Both the position numbers and the translations under genes were made by a program. A stretch of 64,000 nt of DNA from an uncultured Lachnobacterium sp. (GTDB lineage Bacteria; Bacillota; Clostridia; Lachnospirales; Lachnospiraceae). Within the stretch, counting starts at the first letter, position 1; the number at the start of each line of letters is the position of its first letter. Of this stretch, positions 1 through 11,708 are shown piece after piece. The DNA lies in the NCBI GenBank assembly GCA_964393435.1, contig CAYMTP010000001.1:247-64246 (forward strand), in the 5' to 3' direction. The notes below the pieces were generated by a model. The model was not told where the DNA came from. It ran no database searches and worked only from the letters and a program-made list of their open reading frames with translations.

Positions 1-395
1 ATAGCTTTTACTATTTGCAGGAATATGTCCGTGTGCAACAGACACCATATTCCTATTTCTGTTTCTCTAATGTGGCAGTCTTATAAAGTTGCTATTAACA
101 TGAGCCATGCAAAAACTCCGCACAAAAACGGTGCGTCAGACAGTTTGCATGGCTCATGACATTTTATAATCCTGCCACATAAGAGAAACGACGAAATACT
201 CATAAGGGTGTCCTTTTGCACACGGACATATTCCTGCAAATTGTAAAACTTTTGACAGACAGAATAAATCAAAAAAGCAAGCACTGTGTTTCTTAGAAAT
301 TAAGTGTTTTTCTTAACCGAGAGAAAATGCATCCAAGATACAGAGACATATGTATTGCAAAATAAAAAATAAGGGCGTCGCCAAATTTATATTTA
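1..395. repeat. Copy 1 of a ~545-bp fold-back (palindromic) repeat element, left part cut by the window edge
   Basis: 1-395 matches 8451-8845 at offset 8450; only two mismatches seen (positions 352 and 381). Confidence 0.92.
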
Positions 396-431
396 CATAC
401 TTGTTTGGAATGGTTGTCTCTGAAAAAGAAC

Positions 432-460
432 TTGCCAAATGCACCATATGTGTTTATTAT
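432..460 (+). promoter_or_regulatory. Putative sigma-A promoter of typA
   Basis: TTGCCA-17 nt-TATTAT upstream of the ATG at 517. Confidence 0.5.
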
Positions 461-516
461 ACATATTTGGTTTTATATTGTGGATTTTTCACATGCAAAA
501 AGAAAGAAGGTTTCTT

Positions 517-2358
517 ATGAAAATAACGAGAGAAGATATTCGTAATATAGCAATCATTGCTCACGTTGACCATGGTAAAACAACACTTGTAGATGAACTT
601 TTAAAACAGAGTGGTGTTTTCCGCGAAAATCAGGAGGTTCAGGAACGTGTCATGGACTCCAATGATATTGAGCGCGAACGAGGAATTACGATTTTGTCCA
701 AAAATACTGCCGTACAATATAAAGATATAAAAATCAACATTATTGACACGCCTGGTCATGCGGACTTCGGTGGCGAAGTAGAACGAGTTTTGAAAATGGT
801 AAATGGTGTCGTTTTGGTCGTAGATGCATTTGAAGGCACCATGCCTCAGACCAAATTCGTACTGATGAAAGCATTAGCTTTAGACCTGCCAGTTATCGTT
901 TGTATTAATAAAATCGACCGTCCAGAAGCAAGACCAGATGAAGTAATTGACGAAGTATTGGAATTATTCATGGATTTAGATGCTTCTGACGAACAGCTGG
1001 ACTGTCCATTTGTATTCGCATCCGCAAGAAACGGATACGCTATGTTGGATGTAAACGATGAGAGAAAGGATATGACACCTCTCTTTGAAACCATCGTAAA
1101 CTACATCCCTGGCCCAACTGGTGACCCTGAGGCAAACACCCAGGTTCTTATTAGTACCATCGACTACAATGAATATGTAGGCCGTATCGGTGTAGGTAAA
1201 GTAGATAACGGCGTAATTAAAGTAAATCAGGAAGCTGTTGTGGTAAACCATCACGAGCCTGATAAACAAACCAAGGTTCGTATCAGCAAACTTTATGAAT
1301 TTGATGGATTAAATAAAGTAGATGTAACCGAAGCTTCTGTCGGCTCCATCGTAGCGATTTCAGGCATCTCAGATATTCACATCGGTGATACCATCTGTTC
1401 CCCAGAAAGCCCTGAAGCGATTCCTTTCCAGAAGATTTCAGAACCAACCATTGCTATGAACTTTATCGTAAACGATAGCCCACTGGCTGGACAGGAAGGT
1501 AAGTATGTAACCTCCCGTCACATTCGCGAAAGACTTTACCGCGAATTAAATACTGACGTATCGCTTCGTGTAGAAGACACAGATTCGCCAGACAGTTTGA
1601 AGGTGTCCGGACGTGGTGAACTTCACTTGTCCGTTCTTATTGAAAACATGCGTCGTGAAGGCTATGAATTTGCCGTAAGTAAAGCAGAGGTATTATATAA
1701 GGAAGATGAACATGGTAAAAAATTAGAACCAATGGAAATCGCTTATGTAGATGTCCCTGATGAATTTACAGGCTCAGTTATTTCTAAACTACAGCAGCGT
1801 AAAGGCGAGCTTCAAAACATGGGCTCTATCGCAGGTGGCTACACCCGTATCGAATTCCGTATTCCATCCCGTGGCCTTATCGGCTACCGTGGCGACTTTA
1901 TGACAGATACAAAGGGAAATGGTATTATCAACACCATCTTTGATGGCTATGACTATTACCGTGGAGATATTGACTATCGTGCAACTGGATCACTCATCGC
2001 CTTTGAAGATGGAGAATCCGTAACCTATGGACTTTTCTCTGCACAGGACCGCGGGACCCTTTTCATTGGACCAGGAGAAAAAGTTTACTCCGGTATGGTA
2101 ATCGGTCAATGTTCACGTGCAGAAGATATCGAACTAAACGTTTGTAAGAAAAAACATCTTACCAACACCCGCTCCTCTTCCGCAGACGAAGCCCTTACTT
2201 TGGTACCACCTCGTATCCTTAGCCTAGAGCAGGCTTTAGACTTCATCGACACCGATGAACTACTCGAGGTAACACCAAAAAGTCTTCGTATTAGAAAACG
2301 TATTCTTGATCCGACACTTAGAAAACGTGCAGCGTTCAAAGCAAAACAGCAGGGTTAA
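517..2358 (+). CDS. typA: Translational GTPase TypA/BipA
   Basis: IRNIAIIAHVDHGKTT, ERERGITI, DTPGHADFGGEVER, NKID and the BipA C-terminal LEVTPKSLRIRK. Start moved from 439 to the ATG at 517 after AGAAGG. Confidence 0.97.
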   Translation: MKITREDIRNIAIIAHVDHGKTTLVDELLKQSGVFRENQEVQERVMDSNDIERERGITILSKNTAVQYKDIKINIIDTPGHADFGGEVERVLKMVNGVVLVVDAFEGTMPQTKFVLMKALALDLPVIVCINKIDRPEARPDEVIDEVLELFMDLDASDEQLDCPFVFASARNGYAMLDVNDERKDMTPLFETIVNYIPGPTGDPEANTQVLISTIDYNEYVGRIGVGKVDNGVIKVNQEAVVVNHHEPDKQTKVRISKLYEFDGLNKVDVTEASVGSIVAISGISDIHIGDTICSPESPEAIPFQKISEPTIAMNFIVNDSPLAGQEGKYVTSRHIRERLYRELNTDVSLRVEDTDSPDSLKVSGRGELHLSVLIENMRREGYEFAVSKAEVLYKEDEHGKKLEPMEIAYVDVPDEFTGSVISKLQQRKGELQNMGSIAGGYTRIEFRIPSRGLIGYRGDFMTDTKGNGIINTIFDGYDYYRGDIDYRATGSLIAFEDGESVTYGLFSAQDRGTLFIGPGEKVYSGMVIGQCSRAEDIELNVCKKKHLTNTRSSSADEALTLVPPRILSLEQALDFIDTDELLEVTPKSLRIRKRILDPTLRKRAAFKAKQQG

Positions 2359-4313
2359 TTTCCCTGCTGTTTTTTTGCTGCTTCTTCTGCAAGCTTTCTC
2401 TTCTTCTCTCTCTTCTCTTGATACATCTTCTGGTCCGCCTGTTCGATAACTTCATCTAAGCTAGTAATCTCTCTCGCTTTCCATTTTGAAACACCCATAC
2501 TTGCAGACAATGTAAATGGATGTTTACCAGAATCATTTACTTCCTTGATATCATCGTGAATCGATTCTATTACACGGTCTACCTTGTAAGCATCCTTGTC
2601 CTTATATCCGCCAAAGAGCACAAATTCATCGCCACCATATCTCATACCCAACATTTCACCAGATACATTTTTATGTACTATACTTCCGATTTCACGAATC
2701 ATTAAGTCACCAATTTCGTGTCCTAAGTTATCGTTTGCAGCCTTTAAACCATCTGCATCCATAAAAATGATAAACACATTCATATCATCTGCCTTAAAGT
2801 GATCCATCATACTCTTTGCTTCGTAGGAAAAACCAGAACGGTTGTAAAGCATGGTCAAATTATCATAACACCACATGCCATTCAAGCGGTCTACCGCATC
2901 CTTTAAAAGCATTCTCTGTCTTACGTTTTCCAGACCAACACCAATTTCCATCAGCATCGAATAATATAAACCACTTGCAACTACACTATCCACACGCTGA
3001 CAAACCGCATAACCAAAACAACAATTATGATAAAAAATCTGATTGACTACAAAAGTGTTACCTCCTGACTTAGTACGACATTCCTCTGGAAGTACAAAGC
3101 CTTTTGGAAACTTCTTATAAGATACAAACTCTCCCTTTTCATAGGCAATTGCCACATCGATATATTCTGTGTAATCATCATTAACATCTAATACATCAAT
3201 ATTGCGTCCCAGATTTCGTTCTGGCAAAGCAAATACCTGGTCTAGATCACAGGCACACAAATAGAACTTTTCTATCCCTATCTGTGGAACATACTGCTTC
3301 ATAACATCAAATAATTGTTCCGGTCTGGCTGCCTTTGCAAAGTCTGCAGTCATACCTCGTACCACATCTGCCATAAATATGGTGTCTCGCTGTTGTATGA
3401 TATATTTGTGTTTTACTGTCTCGATCAATTCTTCCAGGCCTAAAACATCATCTGCCCTAGGTGTGCAGCCACAACTCTCTCTATATTTCATCGTACATGG
3501 GAGGCTATAATAATCCAAATCCTTACCATTTAACAATTCCATAATTTCTAAGATAGCCTTATAACCAACATCTTTTTGACTCTTATCTACTGTGGTCAGT
3601 GAAGGGCGATCCAACTGAGAACGCTCACCATTGTCAAACCCAGCTATTTTCACATCTTCTGGTATCTGATATCCTGCCTTCCTAAACACATCCATAATTC
3701 CATGAGCCATGTCATCATTTCCGCAAATGATTGCCTCTGGATGCTTTCCTTCTGCCAAAATCTGTTCCCCAATCATGATACCGCTTTCCATTGTAAACGC
3801 ACCTTCATATACGTTACCCTCATCAAAAGGCATCCCATTTTTCACCATAGCATCCTGAAATGCCATATAACGTTTACGTGCCTCACTACTGGCAACGGTA
3901 GCACCACTTACATATATAATATTAGTATAACCATGGTACAGGAAATGCTCCACCATCTCGTACTCTGCTTCGTAACTATCAATAGCTACACAGCTCATGC
4001 CATCCACTTTTCGGTCAACACTTACCATAGGTTTTCCAAGTTCATTTAGGTCCTTTATAATTTTATCCAATGCATAGGGATTATGTATGGTATTTGGAAC
4101 TAAAACAACACCATCAAATTTATCAAATTCTGGCAGCTTAAGTACCTGTGTAGCTGCGATAAGACTTTCCTCTGTCTCACGAGTTCCTACATAATTAGTA
4201 AACACGAAAAGATTGCAGTCAAACTCTTTGGCCGCTATTTCCATACCTTCTAATATTTTTTTCTGATTATCTAAGTTAATTGCGCCTAATACTACTGCAA
4301 TCTGTTTAATCAT
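2355..4313 (-). CDS. Diguanylate cyclase with N-terminal LacI-type sugar-binding domain
   Basis: N-terminal PBP-like motifs (AIICGNDDMA, IAGFDN, SLTTV) without an HTH; C-terminal D-LT-LYNR, DADGLK, LGHEIGD, RYGGDEF, AD-MY. Confidence 0.88.
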   Translation of the reverse strand: MIKQIAVVLGAINLDNQKKILEGMEIAAKEFDCNLFVFTNYVGTRETEESLIAATQVLKLPEFDKFDGVVLVPNTIHNPYALDKIIKDLNELGKPMVSVDRKVDGMSCVAIDSYEAEYEMVEHFLYHGYTNIIYVSGATVASSEARKRYMAFQDAMVKNGMPFDEGNVYEGAFTMESGIMIGEQILAEGKHPEAIICGNDDMAHGIMDVFRKAGYQIPEDVKIAGFDNGERSQLDRPSLTTVDKSQKDVGYKAILEIMELLNGKDLDYYSLPCTMKYRESCGCTPRADDVLGLEELIETVKHKYIIQQRDTIFMADVVRGMTADFAKAARPEQLFDVMKQYVPQIGIEKFYLCACDLDQVFALPERNLGRNIDVLDVNDDYTEYIDVAIAYEKGEFVSYKKFPKGFVLPEECRTKSGGNTFVVNQIFYHNCCFGYAVCQRVDSVVASGLYYSMLMEIGVGLENVRQRMLLKDAVDRLNGMWCYDNLTMLYNRSGFSYEAKSMMDHFKADDMNVFIIFMDADGLKAANDNLGHEIGDLMIREIGSIVHKNVSGEMLGMRYGGDEFVLFGGYKDKDAYKVDRVIESIHDDIKEVNDSGKHPFTLSASMGVSKWKAREITSLDEVIEQADQKMYQEKREKKRKLAEEAAKKQQGN

Positions 4314-4344
4314 TTCTACTTCTCCTTGTTCCCTATGAAAATTC

Positions 4345-5145
4345 TTATTTCGTAAACTCCAATACTTCTTTATATTTTAAATTTCCGCCAAACAAATCCA
4401 ACGCACTACCAATCGTCACATTTAGTTTTTCTCTTCCAAGCTCTTTTATCTTCTCTAAATCTGTAAAATCATGTACTCCGCCAGCATATGTAATTGGAAG
4501 TTTCCCCCATTCTCCCAATAACGCCACCAGCTCTGTCTGGATTCCACTTTGCTTACCTTCTACATCTACCGCATGAATTAAATATTCATCACAATACTGA
4601 GATAGCTTATCCAAAAGTTTTAGGCTTACCTTTTCGGATGTAAACTTTTGCCAACGATCCGTTACAATGTAGTACCCTGGCTCTGCCCCCTCCGGAACAT
4701 TTTCTTTTCCAAGATATCTGCAGGACAAATCCAGTACCACATGCTCTTTTCCCACAGCAGCTACCAGTTTCTCCAAATTCTCATAATTGATTTTTCCATC
4801 TTTAAAAACATACGAAGTAACGATTACATGACTGGCTCCTTCCTTTATATAATAAGGAGCATTCTCTGCGGTAATTCCACCACCAATCTGTAAACCGCCC
4901 GGATATGCATGCAACGCTTCTACCGCTTGCTTCTTCGTCTCTTCATAATATTCACTATCCACTGCGTTTAGTAAAATGATATGCCCGCCAGTCACTTTAT
5001 CTTCTTTATACATATCAGCATAAAAAGCAGCAGTCTTCTCTGCTACAAAGTTTTCTACCGCTTCATTATTTTGATCTCGCAAACTGCTTCCTACAATCTG
5101 CTTTACTTTTCCATTGTGTATATCAATACAAGGTCTAAATTGCAT
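4345..5145 (-). CDS. hisA: ProFAR isomerase, eukaryotic (His6-like) HisA type
   Basis: FRPCIDIHNGKVKQIVG, LQIGGGI, LDLSCR, TDRWQ, HAVDVEGKQSG, TIGSALDLFGG. Start trimmed to MQFRP. Confidence 0.9.
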   Translation of the reverse strand: MQFRPCIDIHNGKVKQIVGSSLRDQNNEAVENFVAEKTAAFYADMYKEDKVTGGHIILLNAVDSEYYEETKKQAVEALHAYPGGLQIGGGITAENAPYYIKEGASHVIVTSYVFKDGKINYENLEKLVAAVGKEHVVLDLSCRYLGKENVPEGAEPGYYIVTDRWQKFTSEKVSLKLLDKLSQYCDEYLIHAVDVEGKQSGIQTELVALLGEWGKLPITYAGGVHDFTDLEKIKELGREKLNVTIGSALDLFGGNLKYKEVLEFTK

Positions 5146-5282
5146 TTTTTTTAGGACATTTCGTCCATGCCTTTCCAAAAAATAAAATTTGTAATATAAT
5201 TGTCTATACAAATATCATGATTTGACATAATTTTAACACATTAATAGAGTTCTGTGAAGTTATCTTTTATACAATTTGTATC

Positions 5283-5311
5283 TTGACACAGACATATTAA
5301 TTTGTTATCAT
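5283..5311 (+). promoter_or_regulatory. Sigma-A promoter of guaB
   Basis: TTGACA-17 nt-TATCAT. Confidence 0.7.
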
Positions 5312-5331
5312 CTATCAAATTACAAATTTGA

Positions 5332-6828
<1,497 letters not shown>

Positions 6829-6840
6829 AAAACATAAACA

Positions 6841-6867
6841 AGAGGGTTGCTCAGCAGCCCTCTTTTT
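6841..6867 (+). terminator. Rho-independent terminator of guaB
   Basis: AGAGGGTTGC-TCA-GCAGCCCTCT followed by a T run. Confidence 0.8.
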
Positions 6868-6969
6868 ATACAAATTTTACTATTCATTAATTGCTTTTAT
6901 ATGATTTTCATGATATATTAGGTTCTACATAACTATAGAAATTTTTTCAAAAGAAAGAGGTAAAATTTT

Positions 6970-8253
6970 ATGGAATTTGGGCCCGGGCATATAGGCCAAT
7001 TAGTATGTATCTTAATTTTAGTATTTTTATCGGCTTTTTTCTCATCCTCTGAGACCGCCCTTGTAACTGTAAACAAAATCCGAATGAAGAATTTGGCAGA
7101 AAACGGTGACAAACGTGCCGCAAAGGTTCTAAAAGTAACCAGTGACAGTGGTAAAATGCTTTCTGCAATCCTCATCGGTAACAATATTGTTAATCTTTCT
7201 GCATCTTCTATTGCAACAATTCTCGCTATTGATATCTTCGGTGATATTGGTTCCGGTATTGCAACAGGTGTTTTAACTATCATTATTCTTATCTTCGGTG
7301 AAGTTTCACCAAAGACCATGGCAACAATTAAAGCAGATTCAATGGCACTTGCTATTGCAGGAATTATTGACATTTTAATGTTTGTACTGACACCAGTAAT
7401 CTTTATTATCAATAAACTTGCATCGGGTGTTTTGTTCTTACTTCGCGTGAATCCAAGCGAAACAGACAAAGCCATGACCGAAGATGAAATCCGTACTATC
7501 GTTGACGAGAGTCAGGAAAGTGGAGCCATTGAAGATGAAGAACGTGAAATGATTCATAACGTATTCGACTTTGGCGATTCTCTTGCAAAAGAAGTTATGA
7601 TTCCACGTATCGATATGACCTTTGTTCAAGCAGATGCAACCTTTGAAGAGTTAATCGACATTTACCGCGAAAACAAGTACACTCGTCTTCCTGTATATGA
7701 AGAATCCACCGACCATGTCATCGGTATCATCAATATGAAAGACGTAATCCTTATCGAAAATGAAGAAGCCTTTTCGATTCGCGATATTATTCGTGAGCCA
7801 TATTTTACATATGAGCACAAAAATACCGCAGATTTGTTTGTAGAAATGCGTAAAGCATCCATTCCACTTGCTATCGTCCTGGATGAATATGGTGTAACCG
7901 CTGGTCTTGTAACCTTAGAAGACCTCTTGGAAGAAATCGTAGGTGAAATTCGTGATGAATACGATAGTGATGAAGAGGATGCTATCGAGCAGCTTAGCGA
8001 ATATGAATATATGATTTTAGGCTCTACCAATTTGGATGATGTAAACGATGCGTTAGATTTAGAATTTGAATCCGACGATTATGATACTATTGGAGGATAT
8101 TGCCTCCAGCTTTTAGACCACCTTCCAGAAGAAAACGAAACCCTCTTTACAGAAGATGGTGTGGTTATCAAAATCAAAGAAGTAGACAAGAATCGTATTG
8201 AACGCATTTATATTCGTGTTCCAGAAAAAAATTCAGAAACAAACGAAAATTAA
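6970..8253 (+). CDS. HlyC/CorC (CNNM) family transporter: DUF21 + CBS pair + CorC domain
   Basis: SAFFSSSETAL, ILIGNNIVN, IFGEVSPK, VMIPR, VLDEYG, TLEDLLEEIVGEI. Confidence 0.93.
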   Translation: MEFGPGHIGQLVCILILVFLSAFFSSSETALVTVNKIRMKNLAENGDKRAAKVLKVTSDSGKMLSAILIGNNIVNLSASSIATILAIDIFGDIGSGIATGVLTIIILIFGEVSPKTMATIKADSMALAIAGIIDILMFVLTPVIFIINKLASGVLFLLRVNPSETDKAMTEDEIRTIVDESQESGAIEDEEREMIHNVFDFGDSLAKEVMIPRIDMTFVQADATFEELIDIYRENKYTRLPVYEESTDHVIGIINMKDVILIENEEAFSIRDIIREPYFTYEHKNTADLFVEMRKASIPLAIVLDEYGVTAGLVTLEDLLEEIVGEIRDEYDSDEEDAIEQLSEYEYMILGSTNLDDVNDALDLEFESDDYDTIGGYCLQLLDHLPEENETLFTEDGVVIKIKEVDKNRIERIYIRVPEKNSETNEN

Positions 8254-8254
8254 A

Positions 8255-8293
8255 AGAAATTATGGCTGTCCACTTATTGTGGGCGGCCTTTTT
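8255..8293 (+). terminator. Terminator of the CorC gene; inverted twin of 8865-8903
   Basis: GGCTGTCCAC-TTATT-GTGGGCGGCC followed by TTTTT. Confidence 0.7.
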
Positions 8294-8307
8294 AATGCAC
8301 TTTTTAC

Positions 8308-8852
8308 ATATGCGTAAATATAAATTTGGCAACGCCCTTTCTTCTGCTTTGAAATACATATGTCTCTGTATCTTGGATGCATTTTCGAACCTTTAAGGGA
8401 AACACTTTTATTTCTTGAGGCACAGTGCTTGCTTATATTTTATGTCTGGCATAGCTTTTACTATTTGCAGGAATATGTCCGTGTGCAACAGACACCATAT
8501 TCCTATTTCTGTTTCTCTAATGTGGCAGTCTTATAAAGTTGCTATTAACATGAGCCATGCAAAAACTCCGCACAAAAACGGTGCGTCAGACAGTTTGCAT
8601 GGCTCATGACATTTTATAATCCTGCCACATAAGAGAAACGACGAAATACTCATAAGGGTGTCCTTTTGCACACGGACATATTCCTGCAAATTGTAAAACT
8701 TTTGACAGACAGAATAAATCAAAAAAGCAAGCACTGTGTTTCTTAGAAATTAAGTGTTTTTCTTAACCGAGAGAAAATGCATCCAAGATACAGAGACATA
8801 TATATTGCAAAATAAAAAATAAGGGCGTCGACAAATTTATATTTATGCATAT
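8308..8852. repeat. Copy 2 (complete) of the ~545-bp fold-back element; MITE-like or structured ncRNA candidate
   Basis: Left and right halves are imperfect reverse complements along their full length (e.g. ATATGTCTCTGTATCTTGGATGCATTTTC, ATTTGCAGGAATATGTCCGTGTGCAA, CATGAGCCATGCAAA). No credible ORF. Confidence 0.88.
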
Positions 8853-8864
8853 ATGAAATGAAAG

Positions 8865-8903
8865 AAAAAGGCCGCCCACTATAAGTGGACAGCCATAATT
8901 TCT
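8865..8903 (-). terminator. Terminator of the aminotransferase gene; inverted twin of 8255-8293
   Basis: Reverse complement matches 8255-8293 at 38 of 39 nt. Confidence 0.7.
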
Positions 8904-8909
8904 ATCATT

Positions 8910-10196
8910 TTATTTTGTTTCCAGTATTTTGTTTACAGAGGATAAGCGTACACAAACCACAAATACTTCTGCCGCCTTTCTAAGCTCTTCCAAAGAAGGG
9001 AAGGTTGGGGCGATACGAATCGTGCTGTCTTTTGGGTCTTTTCCGTATGGGAATGGAGCTCCTGCACCTGTCATGGTTACGCCTGCTTCCTTACATTTCC
9101 CGATGATATCCTTAGCACAGCCTTCTAAGCTTTCGAAGCAGATGAAATATCCGCCCACTGGATTTACCCATGTACCAATACCACGGCTCTTGATTTCTGC
9201 AGTCATAAGTTCGTCTAACATTTCGAATTTTGGACGCATGATATCTGCCTGTTTCATCATGTGCTGCTTAATACCATCAAAGTTCTTAAAGTATAAAGCA
9301 TGACGACGCTGGTTGGTCTTGTCATATCCGATAGTCTGAATCGTCAGTTGTTTTTTGATATCTGCAATATTGTTTGGTGAAGCTGCAAGTGCTGCAATAC
9401 CTGCACCAGGGAAGGTTACCTTACTGGTTGAGCAAAATTCAAATACCATATCTGGATTGCCTGCTTCTTCACATTCTGCAAGAATATTCAAAATTACATC
9501 CTGTTTATCTTCATATAAATGATGTACGCAATATGCATTGTCCCAGAAAATACGGAAATCTGGTGCTGCTGGTTTTAAACGAGCGAAACGAAGTACTGTT
9601 TCGTCTGAATAGGATGTACCAGATGGGTTTGCATATTTTGGCACACACCAGATACCTTTTACTGCTGGATCATTATTTACATATTCTTCTACCATATCCA
9701 TATCTGGACCATCTGCATAGAGAGGGATGTTAATCATTTCGATACCAAAAAGCTCTGTAATAGCGAAATGTCTGTCATAACCTGGTACTGGACAAAGAAA
9801 CTTTACCTTATCCAATTTACACCAAGGTGTATTACCACAATATCCCAAAACCATAGCTCTTGAAATCTGATCATACATAATGTTTAAGCTGGAGTTACCA
9901 TATACAATTACATTCTTTTCACTACAGCCCAACATTTCTGCCAGAAGTCTTTTTGCTTCTGGAATACCATCCAATACACCATAGTTACGTAAATCCATTC
10001 CGTTTTCACTTACTAATGCGGTATTCGAATCAATGGCATCCAAAAGTCCCATAGATAAATCCAACTGTTCTGCGGATGGTTTTCCTCTGGACATATCCAA
10101 TTTTAAATTTAACGCTTTAATCTCTTCAAACTGTTTCTCAAGAGCTACCTTTTCTACAAGTAACTCTTCCTTTGTCATTTCCTGATACTTCTGCAT
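8910..10196 (-). CDS. PLP-dependent class I/II aminotransferase (aspartate aminotransferase-like)
   Basis: LDMSRGKP, CPVPGYDRHF, WCVPKYANP, WDNAY, STSK (PLP lysine), IRIAPT. Confidence 0.88.
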   Translation of the reverse strand: MQKYQEMTKEELLVEKVALEKQFEEIKALNLKLDMSRGKPSAEQLDLSMGLLDAIDSNTALVSENGMDLRNYGVLDGIPEAKRLLAEMLGCSEKNVIVYGNSSLNIMYDQISRAMVLGYCGNTPWCKLDKVKFLCPVPGYDRHFAITELFGIEMINIPLYADGPDMDMVEEYVNNDPAVKGIWCVPKYANPSGTSYSDETVLRFARLKPAAPDFRIFWDNAYCVHHLYEDKQDVILNILAECEEAGNPDMVFEFCSTSKVTFPGAGIAALAASPNNIADIKKQLTIQTIGYDKTNQRRHALYFKNFDGIKQHMMKQADIMRPKFEMLDELMTAEIKSRGIGTWVNPVGGYFICFESLEGCAKDIIGKCKEAGVTMTGAGAPFPYGKDPKDSTIRIAPTFPSLEELRKAAEVFVVCVRLSSVNKILETK

Positions 10197-10197
10197 T

Positions 10198-11523
10198 CTA
10201 ATTCCTCCTATCTTTTATTCGAGCAAAATGCTCGCGAATTTTCTTCTCATAGCCCATTTCTGTAGGTTCATAGAACTTGGTTCCTACCAACGCATCTGGG
10301 AGATACTGTTGCTCCACATAATGATTTGGGTAATTGTGAGCATATTTATATCCAAGTCCGTGTCCCAGCTTCTCGGCACCCTTATAATGAGCATCCTGCA
10401 AATGTGCTGGAACCGGTGGCGTAACGTTATTTCTAACTTCATCCAAAGCCGCATCAATGGCTCCGTAGGCCGCATTGCTCTTTGGTGCACAAGCCACATA
10501 GGTGGCTGCCTGTGATAAAATAATCCGTGCTTCCGGCATGCCAATTCGCTCAATCGCCTGTGATGCAGATGTGGCTACCACTAATGCCATCGGATCTGCA
10601 TTCCCCACATCTTCGGACGCACAAATCATAATTCTTCTTGCAATAAATTTGATATCCTCACCCGCATACAACATTCGTGCCAAATAATACACTGCTGCAT
10701 CAGGATCGGATCCACGCATACTTTTTATAAAAGCGGAAATGGTATCGTAATGATTGTCTCCGTTTTTCTCATAAGACACTACCCTTTTCTGAATACATTC
10801 ACTCGCTACATCAATCGTAATACGAATCTTTCCATCTTCCCCTCTATCGGTGGTAAGAATTCCCAACTCAATGGCTGTCAGGGCTGCTCGTGCATCACCA
10901 TTACAAACATCTGCCAAGAATTCCAAAGCCTCCTCATCTATCACCGCTCCAAAGGAACCCATTCCTTTTTCGCGGTCGTTTATAGCACGAAGCAAAAGCA
11001 CTTTAATATCTTCTTTATCCAGCTTCTTCAATTCAAAAATGATAGAACGAGAAAGAAGTGCACTATTTACTTCAAAATATGGGTTTTCGGTGGTAGCTCC
11101 GATTAAAATAATCGTTCCATCTTCTACAAACGGAAGCAAATAATCCTGCTGTCCCTTATTAAAGCGATGGATTTCGTCTATGAAAAGAATCGTTTTCTTT
11201 CCGTACATGCCCTGATTGTTTTTCGCCTGCTGCACGACCTCTTCCATGTCCTTTTTCCCAGCAGAGGTCGCATTGATTTGCTTAAAGTCTGCACTTGTTG
11301 TATTTGCAATCACCTTTGCCAGGGTGGTCTTACCAGTTCCTGGTGGTCCATAAAAAATAATAGAACTCAGCTTATCTGCTTTAATCGCACGATAGAGCAG
11401 CTTATCCTTTCCCACGATATGCTGCTGCCCTACTACTTCCTCCAAGGTCGTAGGTCTAAGGCGGGAAGCCAATGGGGATTCGGATTCCATATTCTGTTCA
11501 CGCATATAGTCAAATAAATCCAT
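10198..11523 (-). CDS. rarA: Replication-associated recombination protein A (RarA/MgsA AAA+ ATPase)
   Basis: PLASRLRP, GPPGTGKTT, FIDEIHRFNK, ATTENP, SAFIKSMRGSDPDAA, SEDVGNADP. Confidence 0.96.
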   Translation of the reverse strand: MDLFDYMREQNMESESPLASRLRPTTLEEVVGQQHIVGKDKLLYRAIKADKLSSIIFYGPPGTGKTTLAKVIANTTSADFKQINATSAGKKDMEEVVQQAKNNQGMYGKKTILFIDEIHRFNKGQQDYLLPFVEDGTIILIGATTENPYFEVNSALLSRSIIFELKKLDKEDIKVLLLRAINDREKGMGSFGAVIDEEALEFLADVCNGDARAALTAIELGILTTDRGEDGKIRITIDVASECIQKRVVSYEKNGDNHYDTISAFIKSMRGSDPDAAVYYLARMLYAGEDIKFIARRIMICASEDVGNADPMALVVATSASQAIERIGMPEARIILSQAATYVACAPKSNAAYGAIDAALDEVRNNVTPPVPAHLQDAHYKGAEKLGHGLGYKYAHNYPNHYVEQQYLPDALVGTKFYEPTEMGYEKKIREHFARIKDRRN

Positions 11524-11708
11524 GGCTCCTCCTAAAAGCTATCAAGTTTAGTAAAGTAAACTTTTCCCATTCTCTACTCGTTGAACTCCATACACTATTA
11601 GAATACCATAAATAGCCATCATATGGAATACCTGGGATTATGAATTTTTGTTATTTCAAAGATTCATTTTTCTTATTCTATTTTAATGCCACATCCTTTT
11701 ATCCGAGC

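Noticed and set aside
81..284. 67-aa ORF duplicated at 8531-8734, and the 64-aa ORF at 8415-8609
   Set aside because: They lie inside the palindromic repeat, with no RBS or recognisable motif; best explained as chance ORFs.
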